Shown: positions 48,340-58,966 of the stretch, in pieces
Layout of the letters: the number at the start of each line of letters is the position of its first letter
Numbering within the stretch: the first letter of the stretch is position 1
Assembly (NCBI GenBank): GCA_964606315.1
Contig: CAZSFY010000021.1
Location: forward strand, 1,194 to 65,193
Direction of reading: 5' to 3'
Origin: an uncultured Chitinophagaceae bacterium
Lineage (GTDB): Bacteria; Bacteroidota; Bacteroidia; Chitinophagales; Chitinophagaceae
Length of the DNA: 64,000 nt
The notes under the pieces: model-generated
Databases searched by the model: none
Told to the model about the DNA's origin: nothing
Seen by the model: only the letters and a program-made list of their open reading frames with translations
Position numbers and translations under genes: made by a program

Positions 48340-48792
48340 ATGAAAAAACTGGTTTACGCTACAGTATTTTTCCTTGCCGTGAGCTGTGGAGATTCCGGGT
48401 CTTCTGAAAGAACTGACGGATTCTCAAAAAAATCTACAGCTCCGGAAGATGTACTCTTTGATGAAGTAATGCATGGTCACGATACGGCAATGGCCAAAAT
48501 GGGCCGGATCGCCAGGTATAGAAAAGAAGTAGAAGAAAAACTTGATTCATTGAGTAAAATACCCGGCAACGCTAAAGCGACCCTCGAAAATTCACTTCGT
48601 GAATTGGGCGCCGAGTTAAAAAATGCCGAAGACGGTATGAATAAATGGATGGATGAGTTCGATCTGGACTCCGCCCAGGACAATATCAGCAAACGCATTG
48701 AATATCTAACTTCCGAAAAGCTGAAAGTGAACGAAGTAAAAGATAACATCTTTAACTCGCTGAGTAAGGCCGATTCATTGCTGAAACGCTAA
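48340..48792 (+). CDS. Hypothetical lipoprotein
   Basis: 150 aa with a lipobox (FLAVSCG). The remainder is helical and charged. Confidence 0.65.
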   Translation: MKKLVYATVFFLAVSCGDSGSSERTDGFSKKSTAPEDVLFDEVMHGHDTAMAKMGRIARYRKEVEEKLDSLSKIPGNAKATLENSLRELGAELKNAEDGMNKWMDEFDLDSAQDNISKRIEYLTSEKLKVNEVKDNIFNSLSKADSLLKR

Positions 48793-48802
48793 CAACATCT
48801 CC

Positions 48803-48859
48803 ATAACAGCACGAACACCTATAATAGCTTGTTATAGGTATTCGTGTTATATATTTTTT
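48803..48859. terminator. Long hairpin terminator between convergent genes
   Basis: ACGAACACCTATAA-tagct-TGTTATAGGTATTCGT forms a stem of about 14 bp with one mismatch, extended by ATAACA/TGTTAT. It is followed by ATATTTTTT. Confidence 0.6.
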
Positions 48860-48880
48860 CAGGAATTTTACTGACTGGTC

Positions 48881-49462
48881 TCAGACAACCAGCCTCGCTT
48901 CAATCTCATCGGTTAAGGCGTTGAAGATGGCATTAATATCGCCTACTCCCTTAACACGTACCACTTTATCAAATTTGCCATAATACTCAGCTACCGGCGC
49001 AGTTTTAGTTTCATATTCCACTATCCTGGCTTTGATGACTTCTTCATTAACATCATCACTTCTGCCCGAAGTTTTGCCCCGGTTGAGCAGTCTGGCTATC
49101 AGTTCTTCTTCGTCCACTTCTAGTGCAAGCACCACATTTATTTCAGCATTATTTTCTGACAGCAGTTCATCCAGCGCTTCAGCCTGGGCCACAGTACGGG
49201 GAAACCCGTCAAATAAAAAACCTTTTGCCGCAGGATTTTGCGTAAGCGCCGACCTGATCATGCCGATCACCACCGAGTCAGGAACCAGTTGCCCATTATC
49301 CATATATTGCTTAGCCTCAAGCCCTAAGCGGGTCTTATTCGCAATTTCTTCCCTTAACAAATTACCTGTGGCCAAGTGGATGAGCCCGTACTTTTCGATA
49401 AGCTTTTCTGATTGCGTACCTTTTCCACTGCCCGGAGGGCCAAACAAAATAATATTAAACAT
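48881..49462 (-). CDS. adk: Adenylate kinase
   Basis: The ATG at 49460-49462 gives MFNIILFGPPGSGKGTQ. Short-LID form with no zinc cysteines. Confidence 0.95.
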   Translation of the reverse strand: MFNIILFGPPGSGKGTQSEKLIEKYGLIHLATGNLLREEIANKTRLGLEAKQYMDNGQLVPDSVVIGMIRSALTQNPAAKGFLFDGFPRTVAQAEALDELLSENNAEINVVLALEVDEEELIARLLNRGKTSGRSDDVNEEVIKARIVEYETKTAPVAEYYGKFDKVVRVKGVGDINAIFNALTDEIEARLVV

Positions 49463-49600
49463 GCTTTCCGCTTTGGTGAAAAATACCTTAACCAAGTCTG
49501 GCTTTCGGGGCGTAAAGATAAATCACCATTGTTAAAAATCCTTTAACAAAATAGTAGGGTCGTTAGAAAACTCATCGATTCATTCACGCTATAACTATCG

Positions 49601-49608
49601 TAAATTTG
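49601..49608 (+). promoter_or_regulatory. -7 promoter box (TAAATTTG) for msrB
   Basis: Exact TAnnTTTG match 17 nt upstream of the ATG at 49626. Confidence 0.45.
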
Positions 49609-49625
49609 AAAACAACCAGTTTAAT

Positions 49626-50198
49626 ATGAATAAAACAGTAAACATAACAGCCCTGTTAATACTGGTCGCTTTTTTGCAACAGTGTACTTATTCGCAAACC
49701 TCAAAGCCAAAAATTCAAGATATGAATAATACCGAAAAAAAACAGGGCAATCCTGTGTATTCCCGCACCGACAAGGAAGAAGTAAAGCTGAATGAAGAGG
49801 AATGGAAAAAGATCCTACCCGGCGATATTTATTATATAGCTCGCCAAAAAGGCACGGAACGTCCATGGAGCAGTAAATATGAAAAATTCGATGAGATCGG
49901 CACTTATTACTGCGCCGCCTGCGGAAATGCTCTTTTTCAAAGTGATACCAAATTCGAAAGTGGCTGCGGATGGCCGAGCTTCTATCAACCTATTACCAAA
50001 GGAAGCGTGATTTATGAGGCTGACAACAGTCATGGTATGAAACGTACAGAAGTGATGTGTGGCCGCTGCAAAGCACATCTTGGACATGTATTTGAGGATG
50101 GTCCACCCCCAACAGGTTTAAGATATTGCATCAACGGTGTGGTGCTTGATTTCGAAAAGGCAAAGGAGGCTGAAAATGCCTGGCAGCAGAAAAAATAA
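49626..50198 (+). CDS. msrB: Peptide-methionine (R)-S-oxide reductase, exported form
   Basis: 190 aa with a signal or lipoprotein-like N-terminus. The SelR domain carries two CxxC pairs (CAACGNALF, CGRCKAHLGHVFEDGP) and GWPSF. Confidence 0.92.
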   Translation: MNKTVNITALLILVAFLQQCTYSQTSKPKIQDMNNTEKKQGNPVYSRTDKEEVKLNEEEWKKILPGDIYYIARQKGTERPWSSKYEKFDEIGTYYCAACGNALFQSDTKFESGCGWPSFYQPITKGSVIYEADNSHGMKRTEVMCGRCKAHLGHVFEDGPPPTGLRYCINGVVLDFEKAKEAENAWQQKK

Positions 50199-50238
50199 CA
50201 TCGGCGCTACGTTGCAAGGCTTTCCCTAATTTCGCCGC

Positions 50239-51648
50239 GTGCGAAAAAAGAAAAATATCGTTCTGGAAAATATTCTGGTCGAAGATTATGCGGCCGAAGG
50301 CCGGTCGCTGGCCAGGGTAGAGGGAAAAGTAATATTCATTGAAGATGCTGTTCCGGGTGATAAGGTAGATGTCAGACTGAAAAAAAACAAAAAAGACTGG
50401 GCCGAGGGCTGGCCGGTAAAATATCATCATTATTCGGCGGACAGGGTTGAGCCGTTCTGTGAGCATTTTGGTGTTTGCGGCGGTTGTCAATGGCAGATGC
50501 TTCCTTATGAAAAGCAGTTGTTATACAAGCAAAAGCAGGTGTCGGATAACCTGTCGCGCATAGGAAAAGTCTCTCTTCCGCCATTCGAACCTATCGCCGG
50601 AGCCTATCCGCATACGCATTACAGAAATAAGATTGAATATACATTCAGCAATAAAAGGTACTTGCTGCCCACTGAGTTGCACGATGAAAACATCACTTCT
50701 CAATCTAATGTGGCAGGCTTCCACGCCAAGGGATTATTTGATAAGGTAGTAGATATAAATACCTGCCATCTTCAGGCAGAGCCCACCAATGCCATCCGTT
50801 TGGCCATTAAGAATTTTGCCCTCGCGAATGGTTATAGCTTTTACGATATCCGTCAGCATAGCGGCTTCCTGCGTACGGTATTATTAAGGATATGCCGTAC
50901 AGGTGAAGTGATGGTAAATATTGTTTTTGGTGAGGAAGATGAGAAAAAACAACATGCCCTGCTGGATCATATTCTGGCTAGGTTTCCTTCTATCACCACT
51001 CTGCTCTATACTATCAACCGGAAAAAAAATGATAGTCTGTTTGATCTGGAACCTATCGTTTATCACGGTAAAGGTTATGTTATTGAAGAACTGGAAAACT
51101 ATCGTTTTAAAATAGGTCCGAAATCTTTTTTTCAAACTAATACCTATCAGGCCGAGAACCTGTATGCGATTACAAGAGAATATGCCGGCTTAACAGGTAA
51201 TGAAGTGGTGTATGATCTGTATTGCGGAACAGGGAGTATTGGCATATTCCTAAGCGCAAAGGCCAAAAAGATCATTGGCGTTGAACTTATTGCCGAAGCT
51301 ATAGAAGATGCCAGAGAGAATGCTTCTTTAAATAATGTATCTCATGCCGAATTTTTTGCAGGCGATGTAGCCAGTATATGCACAGAAGAGTTTTTCCGGC
51401 AGCATGGCAAGCCAGATGTTATCATTACCGATCCCCCACGTGCAGGCATGAGCGAGACGCTGGTGAAGCAGATCCTTAATATGCGTGCTCCGTTGGTTGT
51501 TTATGTAAGCTGTAATCCCTCTACTCAGGCTCGCGACCTTAGTCTGCTTGACGAACAGTATACAGTAACCAGGGTACGTCCCGTTGATATGTTCCCCCAT
51601 ACCCATCACATTGAAAACGTGGTGCAGTTGAAATTAAAACAAGGTTAA
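50239..51648 (+). CDS. rlmD: 23S rRNA (uracil-C5)-methyltransferase, RlmD/RumA family
   Basis: 469 aa with a GTG start. It has a TRAM domain, a 4Fe-4S cysteine cluster (CEHFGVCGGCQWQ) and SAM-binding motifs (DLYCGTGSIG, DPPRAG). Confidence 0.9.
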   Translation: MRKKKNIVLENILVEDYAAEGRSLARVEGKVIFIEDAVPGDKVDVRLKKNKKDWAEGWPVKYHHYSADRVEPFCEHFGVCGGCQWQMLPYEKQLLYKQKQVSDNLSRIGKVSLPPFEPIAGAYPHTHYRNKIEYTFSNKRYLLPTELHDENITSQSNVAGFHAKGLFDKVVDINTCHLQAEPTNAIRLAIKNFALANGYSFYDIRQHSGFLRTVLLRICRTGEVMVNIVFGEEDEKKQHALLDHILARFPSITTLLYTINRKKNDSLFDLEPIVYHGKGYVIEELENYRFKIGPKSFFQTNTYQAENLYAITREYAGLTGNEVVYDLYCGTGSIGIFLSAKAKKIIGVELIAEAIEDARENASLNNVSHAEFFAGDVASICTEEFFRQHGKPDVIITDPPRAGMSETLVKQILNMRAPLVVYVSCNPSTQARDLSLLDEQYTVTRVRPVDMFPHTHHIENVVQLKLKQG

Positions 51649-51716
51649 ATTTTTACTGTTTTATGCCGGATCTCACAACAATATTCAGCCGGTCTTTATG
51701 GCGGACGATCATTCTG

Positions 51717-51724
51717 TATCTTTG
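51717..51724 (+). promoter_or_regulatory. -7 promoter box (TATCTTTG) for the rhomboid operon
   Basis: Exact TAnnTTTG match 17 nt upstream of the ATG at 51742. Confidence 0.45.
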
Positions 51725-51741
51725 CGGCTTAAATTTTCAGG

Positions 51742-52437
51742 ATGTCGAATTATAGAATGGGTAATTTTCAAACTATTCCACCGGTAGTAAAAAACCTGCT
51801 GATCATTAATGCGCTGGCATTTTTTGCTACACAGATTTTTGGGAAACAAGAGGTATTCAATTATTTCGCTCTTCACGACATCCGGTCAGAGTTTTTCAAG
51901 CCTCACCAGTTGGTGACGCATTTATTTCTGCATGGAGGCTTCACACATATCCTGTTCAATATGCTGGCTGTATGGATGTTCGGCAGTGTGCTCGAAAATT
52001 TATGGGGACCCAAGCGTTTTCTGACATTTTATGTATTGTGCGGCTTGGGCGCTGCTATTCTGCATCTTGGAGTGTTATATATGGAATTGACTAATGTGGT
52101 GGATATTTTTAACAGTTTGCCATATTCAGAACAGCAAAGCCTTAGGTATGATCCCAACTTTAAGCTCAACGTACCAACAGTCGGTGCTTCTGGCGCAGTA
52201 TTTGGTTGTCTGGCTGCTTTCGGTTACCTGTTCCCGAATACCATGATCTATGTATATTTTTTCCTTCCCATCAAAGCTAAATGGTTCGTGATTATCTATG
52301 CTGCGCTGGAACTTTGGTTGGGTGTAAGGAACTCTGCGGGCGACAATGTGGCACATTGGGCCCACCTGGGAGGAGCATTGGTAGGATTTTTACTGGTTCT
52401 TTACTGGAACAAGAACAACCGAAGGAATTTTTATTAA
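51742..52437 (+). CDS. Rhomboid family intramembrane serine protease
   Basis: 231 aa. Motifs are HLFLHGGFTHILFNM, the catalytic GASGAVFG and a C-terminal histidine (AHLGGALVG). Confidence 0.88.
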   Translation: MSNYRMGNFQTIPPVVKNLLIINALAFFATQIFGKQEVFNYFALHDIRSEFFKPHQLVTHLFLHGGFTHILFNMLAVWMFGSVLENLWGPKRFLTFYVLCGLGAAILHLGVLYMELTNVVDIFNSLPYSEQQSLRYDPNFKLNVPTVGASGAVFGCLAAFGYLFPNTMIYVYFFLPIKAKWFVIIYAALELWLGVRNSAGDNVAHWAHLGGALVGFLLVLYWNKNNRRNFY

Positions 52438-52467
52438 AATCGTTACGTAATTTCATAAAAAAAATCT

Positions 52468-53391
52468 GTGCTGCGCGAGGACCGTTACAGGAAAAAGATG
52501 ATTTTGGGGCAGGATGGTAATACCCTGGTAATGATGATGGCCATTCTGGCCCTCGTTTTCTGTATTTTCAAATTTGTTTACGTTACCTGGTTCTTTGCCG
52601 GTCTGGCCAAACCCAGCTATTATAGCAGTGTATTTAACTGGTTTATCCTTCCTTCAGATATTCATGTAATACTGGAGAGACCATGGACCATTTTCACTTA
52701 TATGTTCATGCACGATGGGGTTTTCCATCTGCTGGGAAACATACTCTGGTTATGGGCTTTTGGTTTTATCCTCCAGGATCTTGCCGGTAACGATAAGATC
52801 GTCCCACTGTTCCTGTATGGCGGATTTGCCGGAGCATTCCTATACGTACTCAGCTACAACATCCTTCCTGTGCTTTCGCCTTATATGAAAAGCAGCACGC
52901 TCGAAGGTGCATCAGCAGGTGTAATGGCCATCGCTATTGCCACTACTACTATTGCTCCTAATTACAGGATATTTCCCATGCTGAACGGGGGGATTCCTTT
53001 ATGGGTAATCACTATCATTTTTGTGGTCATCGATCTGGCTCTTATTCCGGAATCCAATGCAGGCGGACATATAGCACATATCGGAGGAGCCATTATAGGT
53101 TTCATCTTTGTTCTTCAGCTGAAGAAAGGCAACGATTGGAGCATTGGGATGAACAGGTTCTTTTCATGGATAGCCAATCTTTTTAATCCTGATAAGAAAG
53201 AATGGAAGAAAACAGCCAAAAAGGAACTGCATTACAGCTCCAAAGGAACGGTCCCCTATAAAAAAGTGACAAATATTACACAAAAGAAGATTGACGAGAT
53301 ACTGGATAAAATCAATCAGCATGGCTATAATTTTCTTTCCGATGAAGAAAAAGAAATACTTAAACGGGCATCGGAAGATGAACAGTTGTAA
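52468..53391 (+). CDS. Rhomboid family protein with a charged C-terminal cytoplasmic extension
   Basis: 307 aa. Motifs are MHDGVFHLLGNI, GASAGVMA and HIGGAIIG. The extra C-terminal tail of about 80 aa ends LSDEEKEILKRASEDEQL. Confidence 0.8.
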   Translation: MLREDRYRKKMILGQDGNTLVMMMAILALVFCIFKFVYVTWFFAGLAKPSYYSSVFNWFILPSDIHVILERPWTIFTYMFMHDGVFHLLGNILWLWAFGFILQDLAGNDKIVPLFLYGGFAGAFLYVLSYNILPVLSPYMKSSTLEGASAGVMAIAIATTTIAPNYRIFPMLNGGIPLWVITIIFVVIDLALIPESNAGGHIAHIGGAIIGFIFVLQLKKGNDWSIGMNRFFSWIANLFNPDKKEWKKTAKKELHYSSKGTVPYKKVTNITQKKIDEILDKINQHGYNFLSDEEKEILKRASEDEQL

Positions 53392-53400
53392 TTTTAAAAC

Positions 53401-54543
53401 ATGGCTTCTGTTTTTCGTAAAATCAGCAGACGGTTATTTGTTATTCTCTATTTAACTACGGCATTCCTGTTTTTGCTGGCCTGTTGCAATGCCTTTCTTA
53501 ATCCAAAACACTGGTGGTTTATTTCTTTGTTAGGTTTGGGGTTTCCCTTCCTGCTCATCATGGTTATCGTTTTTGGTATTTTATGCCTGGTTTTTCGCTC
53601 AAAATGGGGATGGGTCTCACTGGCCTGCCTGGTACTGGGCTACACCAATATCAGGGCTCTTATCGCTTTTAACTTCGGAAAAGAGTTCACCCGGACCAAA
53701 GCAGATAATACGCTTCGTGTTATTACCTGGAACGTTACCTGGTTTGATGAACAGACGAAGGCGGATAAATCAAGAAAAAGCTATAGGGATGATATAATGA
53801 CCTATTTAAAAGAGCAGGACGCTGATGTGCTCTGCTTCCAGGAATATCTTGAGCCTAATAGTGCCAAGATACCCTATAACAATCGCGAGCATTTGGCGAA
53901 AATGGGATATCCCTATGCCATGACGGTAAGCGATTATATAGGATGGAAAAACCAGCTTCACTCCGGAGTAGCTATTTTCTCTAAATATCCTATTGTGGAC
54001 AGTGGCCGCTTCATTTATCCCGGCCCTAAAAACTTCAAGGCTGCCGAGAGCCTTATTTACACCGATATCGATTTCAACGGTCAAACGATAAGGGTTTATA
54101 CCACCCATCTTCAATCTGTTCTCTTCCAGCCCACAGATTACGATAACCTGAAAAAAATCAAAACTGCATCCGACAGTATGTACACAGCCGGATTATCAAT
54201 CGTCAATAAGCTGGGAATGGGATATATGTTCAGGGGACAGCAGGCCAAAATTGTTCGCAAGCAGGTAGATGCCAGTCCCTATCCACATATATTATGCGGT
54301 GATTTTAACGATGTACCGAACTCCTATACATATTTCCATATCAAAGGAAACCGCCAGGATGCGTTCCGTGTCGCTGGTACAGGTATTGGCCGTACTTTTA
54401 GTCATATTGCTCCTACCCTGAGAATAGATTATCTTATGGCCGATAAAAGGTTTGAGATAAAACAATATTACAGGGATGTTCTACCCTATTCGGATCATTA
54501 TCCGGTAATTGTAGATCTGACTTTGAAGGATAAAACAAATTGA
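53401..54543 (+). CDS. Endonuclease/exonuclease/phosphatase (EEP) family membrane protein
   Basis: 380 aa with N-terminal TM helices. EEP motifs are present (LRVITWNV, LCFQE, CGDFND, SDHYPV). Confidence 0.85.
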   Translation: MASVFRKISRRLFVILYLTTAFLFLLACCNAFLNPKHWWFISLLGLGFPFLLIMVIVFGILCLVFRSKWGWVSLACLVLGYTNIRALIAFNFGKEFTRTKADNTLRVITWNVTWFDEQTKADKSRKSYRDDIMTYLKEQDADVLCFQEYLEPNSAKIPYNNREHLAKMGYPYAMTVSDYIGWKNQLHSGVAIFSKYPIVDSGRFIYPGPKNFKAAESLIYTDIDFNGQTIRVYTTHLQSVLFQPTDYDNLKKIKTASDSMYTAGLSIVNKLGMGYMFRGQQAKIVRKQVDASPYPHILCGDFNDVPNSYTYFHIKGNRQDAFRVAGTGIGRTFSHIAPTLRIDYLMADKRFEIKQYYRDVLPYSDHYPVIVDLTLKDKTN

Positions 54544-54546
54544 TCA

Positions 54547-54554
54547 TATTTTTG
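54547..54554 (+). promoter_or_regulatory. -7 promoter box (TATTTTTG) for cysS; implies a leaderless mRNA
   Basis: Exact TAnnTTTG match ending 6 nt before the ATG at 54561. It lies just past the EEP gene stop (54541-54543). Confidence 0.4.
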
Positions 54555-54560
54555 CACCCC

Positions 54561-56051
54561 ATGTCACTTAAGGTTCATAATTCATATACGAGACAGAAAG
54601 AGGTATTCGAGCCAATAACGCCCGGCCATGTAGGTGTGTATGTATGTGGACCAACTGTAAGTGGCGAGAGCCATCTTGGTCATGCCAGGCCATATGTTAC
54701 TTTCGATATTATCTATCGTTATCTCACTTACCTGGGGTATAAAGTAAGGTATGTAAGAAATATTACCGATGCAGGTCATTTTGAAGAAGAGGGAAGAGAG
54801 GCTGAAGATAAAATATCAAACAAGGCAGTGCTGGAAAAGCTGGAACCCATGGAGTTGGTGCAGAAATATACCAATCTGTTTCACTGGGCCATGAAAAAGC
54901 TTAATAATATTGAACCCAGCATAGAGCCTACTGCCACCGGGCATATTGTTGAGCAGATTGATATGATCAAAAAGATCATGGAAGAAGGATATGCTTATGA
55001 AGTGAATGGTTCAGTATATTTTGATGTTGAAAAATATGCAGCTCATTATCCGTACGGAAAATTAAGCGGCAGAGTTATTGAAGATCTGTTAGAAACCACC
55101 CGTGCACTGGAAGGCCAGGACGAGAAAAGAAATAAGGCTGACTTTGCTTTGTGGAAAGCAGCTCCTCCTCAACATATCATGCGTTGGAATAGTCCCTGGG
55201 GACAGGGTTTTCCCGGCTGGCATATCGAATGTTCTGCGATGAGCACCAAGTACCTGGGTAAAGAGTTTGATATTCATGGAGGTGGTATGGATCTTCAGTT
55301 CCCTCATCATGAAAGTGAAATAGCACAAAGCACTATCTGCAACAAACATACGCCTGCCCGTTACTGGATACATAATAATATGATCACGGTAAACGGACGA
55401 AAAATGGGTAAGAGCTATAACAACCAGATCAAGCTTACTGAAATGTTTACGGGAGATCATCCTTTACTGGAGCAGGGTTATAGTCCAATGACCATCAGGT
55501 TTTTTATTCTGCAAACACATTATAGAAGTACGCTTGATTTTGGTAATGCTGCATTACAGGCTGCAGAGAAGGGATTGAAAAGACTATGGGATGCCTATGA
55601 CAAATTGATGAAATTTTCCTTTTCTCCAGTAGCCAAGGGTACAAATGAAGATTTAGAAAAAACCATTGTCCGCCAGCTTACGGAACTCGATGAGTTTATG
55701 GACGATGATTTTAATACGGCAAAAGTACTGGCCAATCTATTTGAGATCGTTCCTACTATCAACTCCCTGCATGATAAACATCTTTCTTTTGATACTTTGA
55801 GCAGCGATACCGTCAAGATGATGAAAGATTATTTCTATAATTATATAGAAACAATACTTGGATTACATAATGATCATCACAGCGAAGATGGTAAGTTAAA
55901 TGGTGTAATGAATCTGCTGATAGAACTGCGCAAAGAAGCTAGATCGAAAAAAGACTATGCCACTTCAGATAAGATCCGAAATCAACTCCAGGAGCTTGGT
56001 ATTTCGTTAAAGGACGAAAAGGGCGGCAACATGAGTTATACCATCAATTAA
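54561..56051 (+). CDS. cysS: Cysteine--tRNA ligase
   Basis: The ATG at 54561 gives [14 protein letters not shown]. The class I HIGH-like motif is HLGHARPY and the KMSKS-like motif is KMGKS. Confidence 0.96.
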   Translation: MSLKVHNSYTRQKEVFEPITPGHVGVYVCGPTVSGESHLGHARPYVTFDIIYRYLTYLGYKVRYVRNITDAGHFEEEGREAEDKISNKAVLEKLEPMELVQKYTNLFHWAMKKLNNIEPSIEPTATGHIVEQIDMIKKIMEEGYAYEVNGSVYFDVEKYAAHYPYGKLSGRVIEDLLETTRALEGQDEKRNKADFALWKAAPPQHIMRWNSPWGQGFPGWHIECSAMSTKYLGKEFDIHGGGMDLQFPHHESEIAQSTICNKHTPARYWIHNNMITVNGRKMGKSYNNQIKLTEMFTGDHPLLEQGYSPMTIRFFILQTHYRSTLDFGNAALQAAEKGLKRLWDAYDKLMKFSFSPVAKGTNEDLEKTIVRQLTELDEFMDDDFNTAKVLANLFEIVPTINSLHDKHLSFDTLSSDTVKMMKDYFYNYIETILGLHNDHHSEDGKLNGVMNLLIELRKEARSKKDYATSDKIRNQLQELGISLKDEKGGNMSYTIN

Positions 56052-56056
56052 AAAAA

Positions 56057-56665
56057 ATGCATCCGCATATTGCTCATTTATCGCGCGACAAAAAACTGAA
56101 AAAGATTATTGATTCGCATGGAGAACTACTGTTGCGCAAAAAGAAAAACGTTGCCATTAGACTTTGTGCTTCTATCATGAGTCAGCAGCTTTCTGTAAAA
56201 GTTGCTTCAGTAATATTCAAAAGATTTTTGGAATTATATAATGGCAAAGAGCCAACTCCGCAGCAAATTGTTGACACTCCCGATATAACCCTTCGCAATA
56301 TCGGATTATCTAATGCAAAGGTTCAGTATGTTAAGAATGTAGCACACTTTGCATTAGTCAACAGAATGGATCACAGGTATTTTTCCAGCCAATCAAACAA
56401 TGACATCATAGCTTATCTCACTCCTATAAAAGGAGTAGGCCGATGGACGGTTGAAATGTTGCTCATGTTTACACTGGGAAGAGAAGATGTGTTTGCCACT
56501 GATGATCTCGGTATTCAGCAGGCAATGACAGGCATTTACAACATTAACTCCTCCAATAAAAAACAACTGATTGAAGAGATGAAAAAGATATCTCTTCGCT
56601 GGAGTCCTTATAGAAGTTATGCCTGTCTCTACCTGTGGCGCTGGAAAGATAATCCCCCGATTTAG
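56057..56665 (+). CDS. DNA-3-methyladenine glycosylase II family (HhH-GPD) protein
   Basis: 202 aa. The HhH-GPD pattern is present (LTPIKGVGRWTVEMLLMFTLGREDVFATDDLGIQQA). Confidence 0.8.
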   Translation: MHPHIAHLSRDKKLKKIIDSHGELLLRKKKNVAIRLCASIMSQQLSVKVASVIFKRFLELYNGKEPTPQQIVDTPDITLRNIGLSNAKVQYVKNVAHFALVNRMDHRYFSSQSNNDIIAYLTPIKGVGRWTVEMLLMFTLGREDVFATDDLGIQQAMTGIYNINSSNKKQLIEEMKKISLRWSPYRSYACLYLWRWKDNPPI

Positions 56666-56683
56666 GCTATGCCTAACCTCCGC

Positions 56684-58846
56684 TTATTTCACCAGCTTTA
56701 ATTCCTTAATGATATGCTGCGCACCGCCTACTTTATCAATGCACCATAACACATATCTTACATCTACGCATATAGAGCGGTTAAATTCTTTATCGAAAGC
56801 AATCTTATGGCTCAACGCTTCATAGTTACCATCAAAAGCGAGTCCTATTAAATTACCGGAAGCATCAATTATAGGAGAACCTGAATTACCACCTGTAATA
56901 TCATTATCGGTAATAAAACAAATAACGAGATCGTTGCGTTGTTTGTCGATATACTGACCAAAATCCTTTTTCTTTAATTCTTTCAACACATCGGGGTGAA
57001 TATCAAATTCGTAATCACCGGCTATATATTTTTCGAATATTCCTTTTGAAGTAGTTACATAATCATATTTCACTGCGTCTTTTGGCTGGTAGCTTCTTAC
57101 GCTTCCGAAACTTACTCTCATCGTCATCGTAGCATCGGGATACATTTTTTTCGCTTTAACTGTATCCATTTCCAAAATACCTCTCATGTACAAACGTCCG
57201 GCTTCATTATTTTTGATATTAAACTGCTGAAGCAACGGCGTGTATTTGGATGTGAAGTTTTTGATAAACGCGCTGGATACTGCAAAAGCCGGATCGTTTT
57301 GTAAAACAGTGCCGTCTGGTCTTTTTACAAAATTTTTCCAGCGAACACTATCCAATAAAAAAGTATTTGTGAAAATATTGTCAGTGTATTTATTATATGT
57401 TGATGATTGGGATAAATCACCAAAGCTTCCCTTCATACTTTCATAAAATCCTATTGGATGCTGATTTTTATCAATATTTGTATAGAACTTCTGCAGCATT
57501 GCCGCAACAACTTTTTTATCGGATGGAATATCTTCTGAACTGATAAATTTACTCCGGGCTGCATCAGCGGCTTCTACAGCTTTTTGTATATCAGTAGAAC
57601 TACCGCTCTTTACAATGGCATTTTCGACCTGCAGAAGGCTACCCGCAAAAGCCAGCAATGGCGATCCCATAATACCCTCATTAATATATACCTGGTGTTT
57701 GGCATAAGGCCTCCATGCATCATAAGCTTTGGACAAGTCAGTAAATATATTTTCATATTCAGGTTTCCCTTTAGCCCATTTAATAAACTTTTCTTCCTGT
57801 ATTACTTTCTGATCGTAAACATTGTATTTAATCAACTGCTTTGATTCGCCATCAAAAAATTTCCAGTAGTTAGCGATAGAAGCTACGTCGGACGCCAGCT
57901 TTAATTTAACAGCAGGATCTTTTTTCATTTCTTCAAACATATACTTCAACCGGATATCACGAAGAGCCACAACGGAAGGATTAGTGATTTCTATTTTCTG
58001 CTTAACGCCATAAGAGGTTTCGTATCTGTTAGTGCTACCGGGATAGCCGTATATCATGGCATAATCTCCGTCCTTAACTCCTTTAATAGAAATAGGTAGA
58101 AAATGTTTTGGCTTTAAAGGAATATTTCCAGTGGAATATGCTGCGGGTTGCCCGTCTTTTGCAGCATACACTCTGAATACAGAAAAATCGCCGGTATGAC
58201 GTGGCCATTCCCAGTTATCAGTGTCACCACCAAATTTTCCAACACTTTCAGGAGGTGTTCCCACAAGCCTGATATCCGTATAACGTTGATATACGAAAGC
58301 GAGAAACTGGTTGCCTTTAAATAAAGGACTTATACGCGTATTAATATTTTTAGCGGGATCAGAAAGAGATGCGTTAAGTGAAGCTATTACAGCAGAAGTT
58401 TTTTCGGCCCTCTCTGCACCTGTTAATCCTTTTAAGGAATCTTCAATCTGTCGGGTAACATCATCAATCCTTAAAAGGAATTCAACAAATAATCCCTGCG
58501 CAGGAATTTCTTCCTGTAAACTCTTAGCATAAAATCCATCTCGAAGATAATTTTTTTCCATTGAGCTGGCCGATGCAATAGCTCTGTAGCCACAATGGTG
58601 ATTGGTAAAGATCAATCCCTGGTTACTAACAATTTCACCAGTACAAAATCCACCGAAAAGCACAATAGCATCTTTAATAGATGCTTTATTTGCGCTATAA
58701 AGTTGTTCTTTGGTAAGTTTGAGGCCGCGTTTCATCATATCTCCATATACCTGCTGGCCAAGCAGCATGGGAAGCCACATACCCTCATCAGCATAAGAAC
58801 GAAATAGTGAAACAACTAAGGCAAGCGATAATAATAATTTCTTCAT
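56684..58846 (-). CDS. S46 family dipeptidyl-peptidase (DPP7/DPP11-like)
   Basis: The ATG at 58844-58846 gives the signal peptide MKKLLLSLALVVSLF. The mature N-terminus ADEGMWLP is typical of the family, as are TNHHCG and the catalytic GGNSGSP. Confidence 0.9.
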   Translation of the reverse strand: MKKLLLSLALVVSLFRSYADEGMWLPMLLGQQVYGDMMKRGLKLTKEQLYSANKASIKDAIVLFGGFCTGEIVSNQGLIFTNHHCGYRAIASASSMEKNYLRDGFYAKSLQEEIPAQGLFVEFLLRIDDVTRQIEDSLKGLTGAERAEKTSAVIASLNASLSDPAKNINTRISPLFKGNQFLAFVYQRYTDIRLVGTPPESVGKFGGDTDNWEWPRHTGDFSVFRVYAAKDGQPAAYSTGNIPLKPKHFLPISIKGVKDGDYAMIYGYPGSTNRYETSYGVKQKIEITNPSVVALRDIRLKYMFEEMKKDPAVKLKLASDVASIANYWKFFDGESKQLIKYNVYDQKVIQEEKFIKWAKGKPEYENIFTDLSKAYDAWRPYAKHQVYINEGIMGSPLLAFAGSLLQVENAIVKSGSSTDIQKAVEAADAARSKFISSEDIPSDKKVVAAMLQKFYTNIDKNQHPIGFYESMKGSFGDLSQSSTYNKYTDNIFTNTFLLDSVRWKNFVKRPDGTVLQNDPAFAVSSAFIKNFTSKYTPLLQQFNIKNNEAGRLYMRGILEMDTVKAKKMYPDATMTMRVSFGSVRSYQPKDAVKYDYVTTSKGIFEKYIAGDYEFDIHPDVLKELKKKDFGQYIDKQRNDLVICFITDNDITGGNSGSPIIDASGNLIGLAFDGNYEALSHKIAFDKEFNRSICVDVRYVLWCIDKVGGAQHIIKELKLVK

Positions 58847-58966
58847 TATTAAATAATTTAAGAAAGACAAACCTACAGCAATTTTAGCAACTTTGTATTC
58901 ATGTGCACGGGTCCTCATATCGGATTTACACTGATAAGAATAGTTGATTTTTTGAGAAATCAGTTC

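Noticed and set aside
53995-54005. An 11-mer GTGGACAGTGG identical to part of the heptad element, found inside the EEP-family gene.
   Set aside because: It lies in frame within conserved coding sequence (PIVDSGRF) with no adjacent heptads or apex core. Most likely coincidence.
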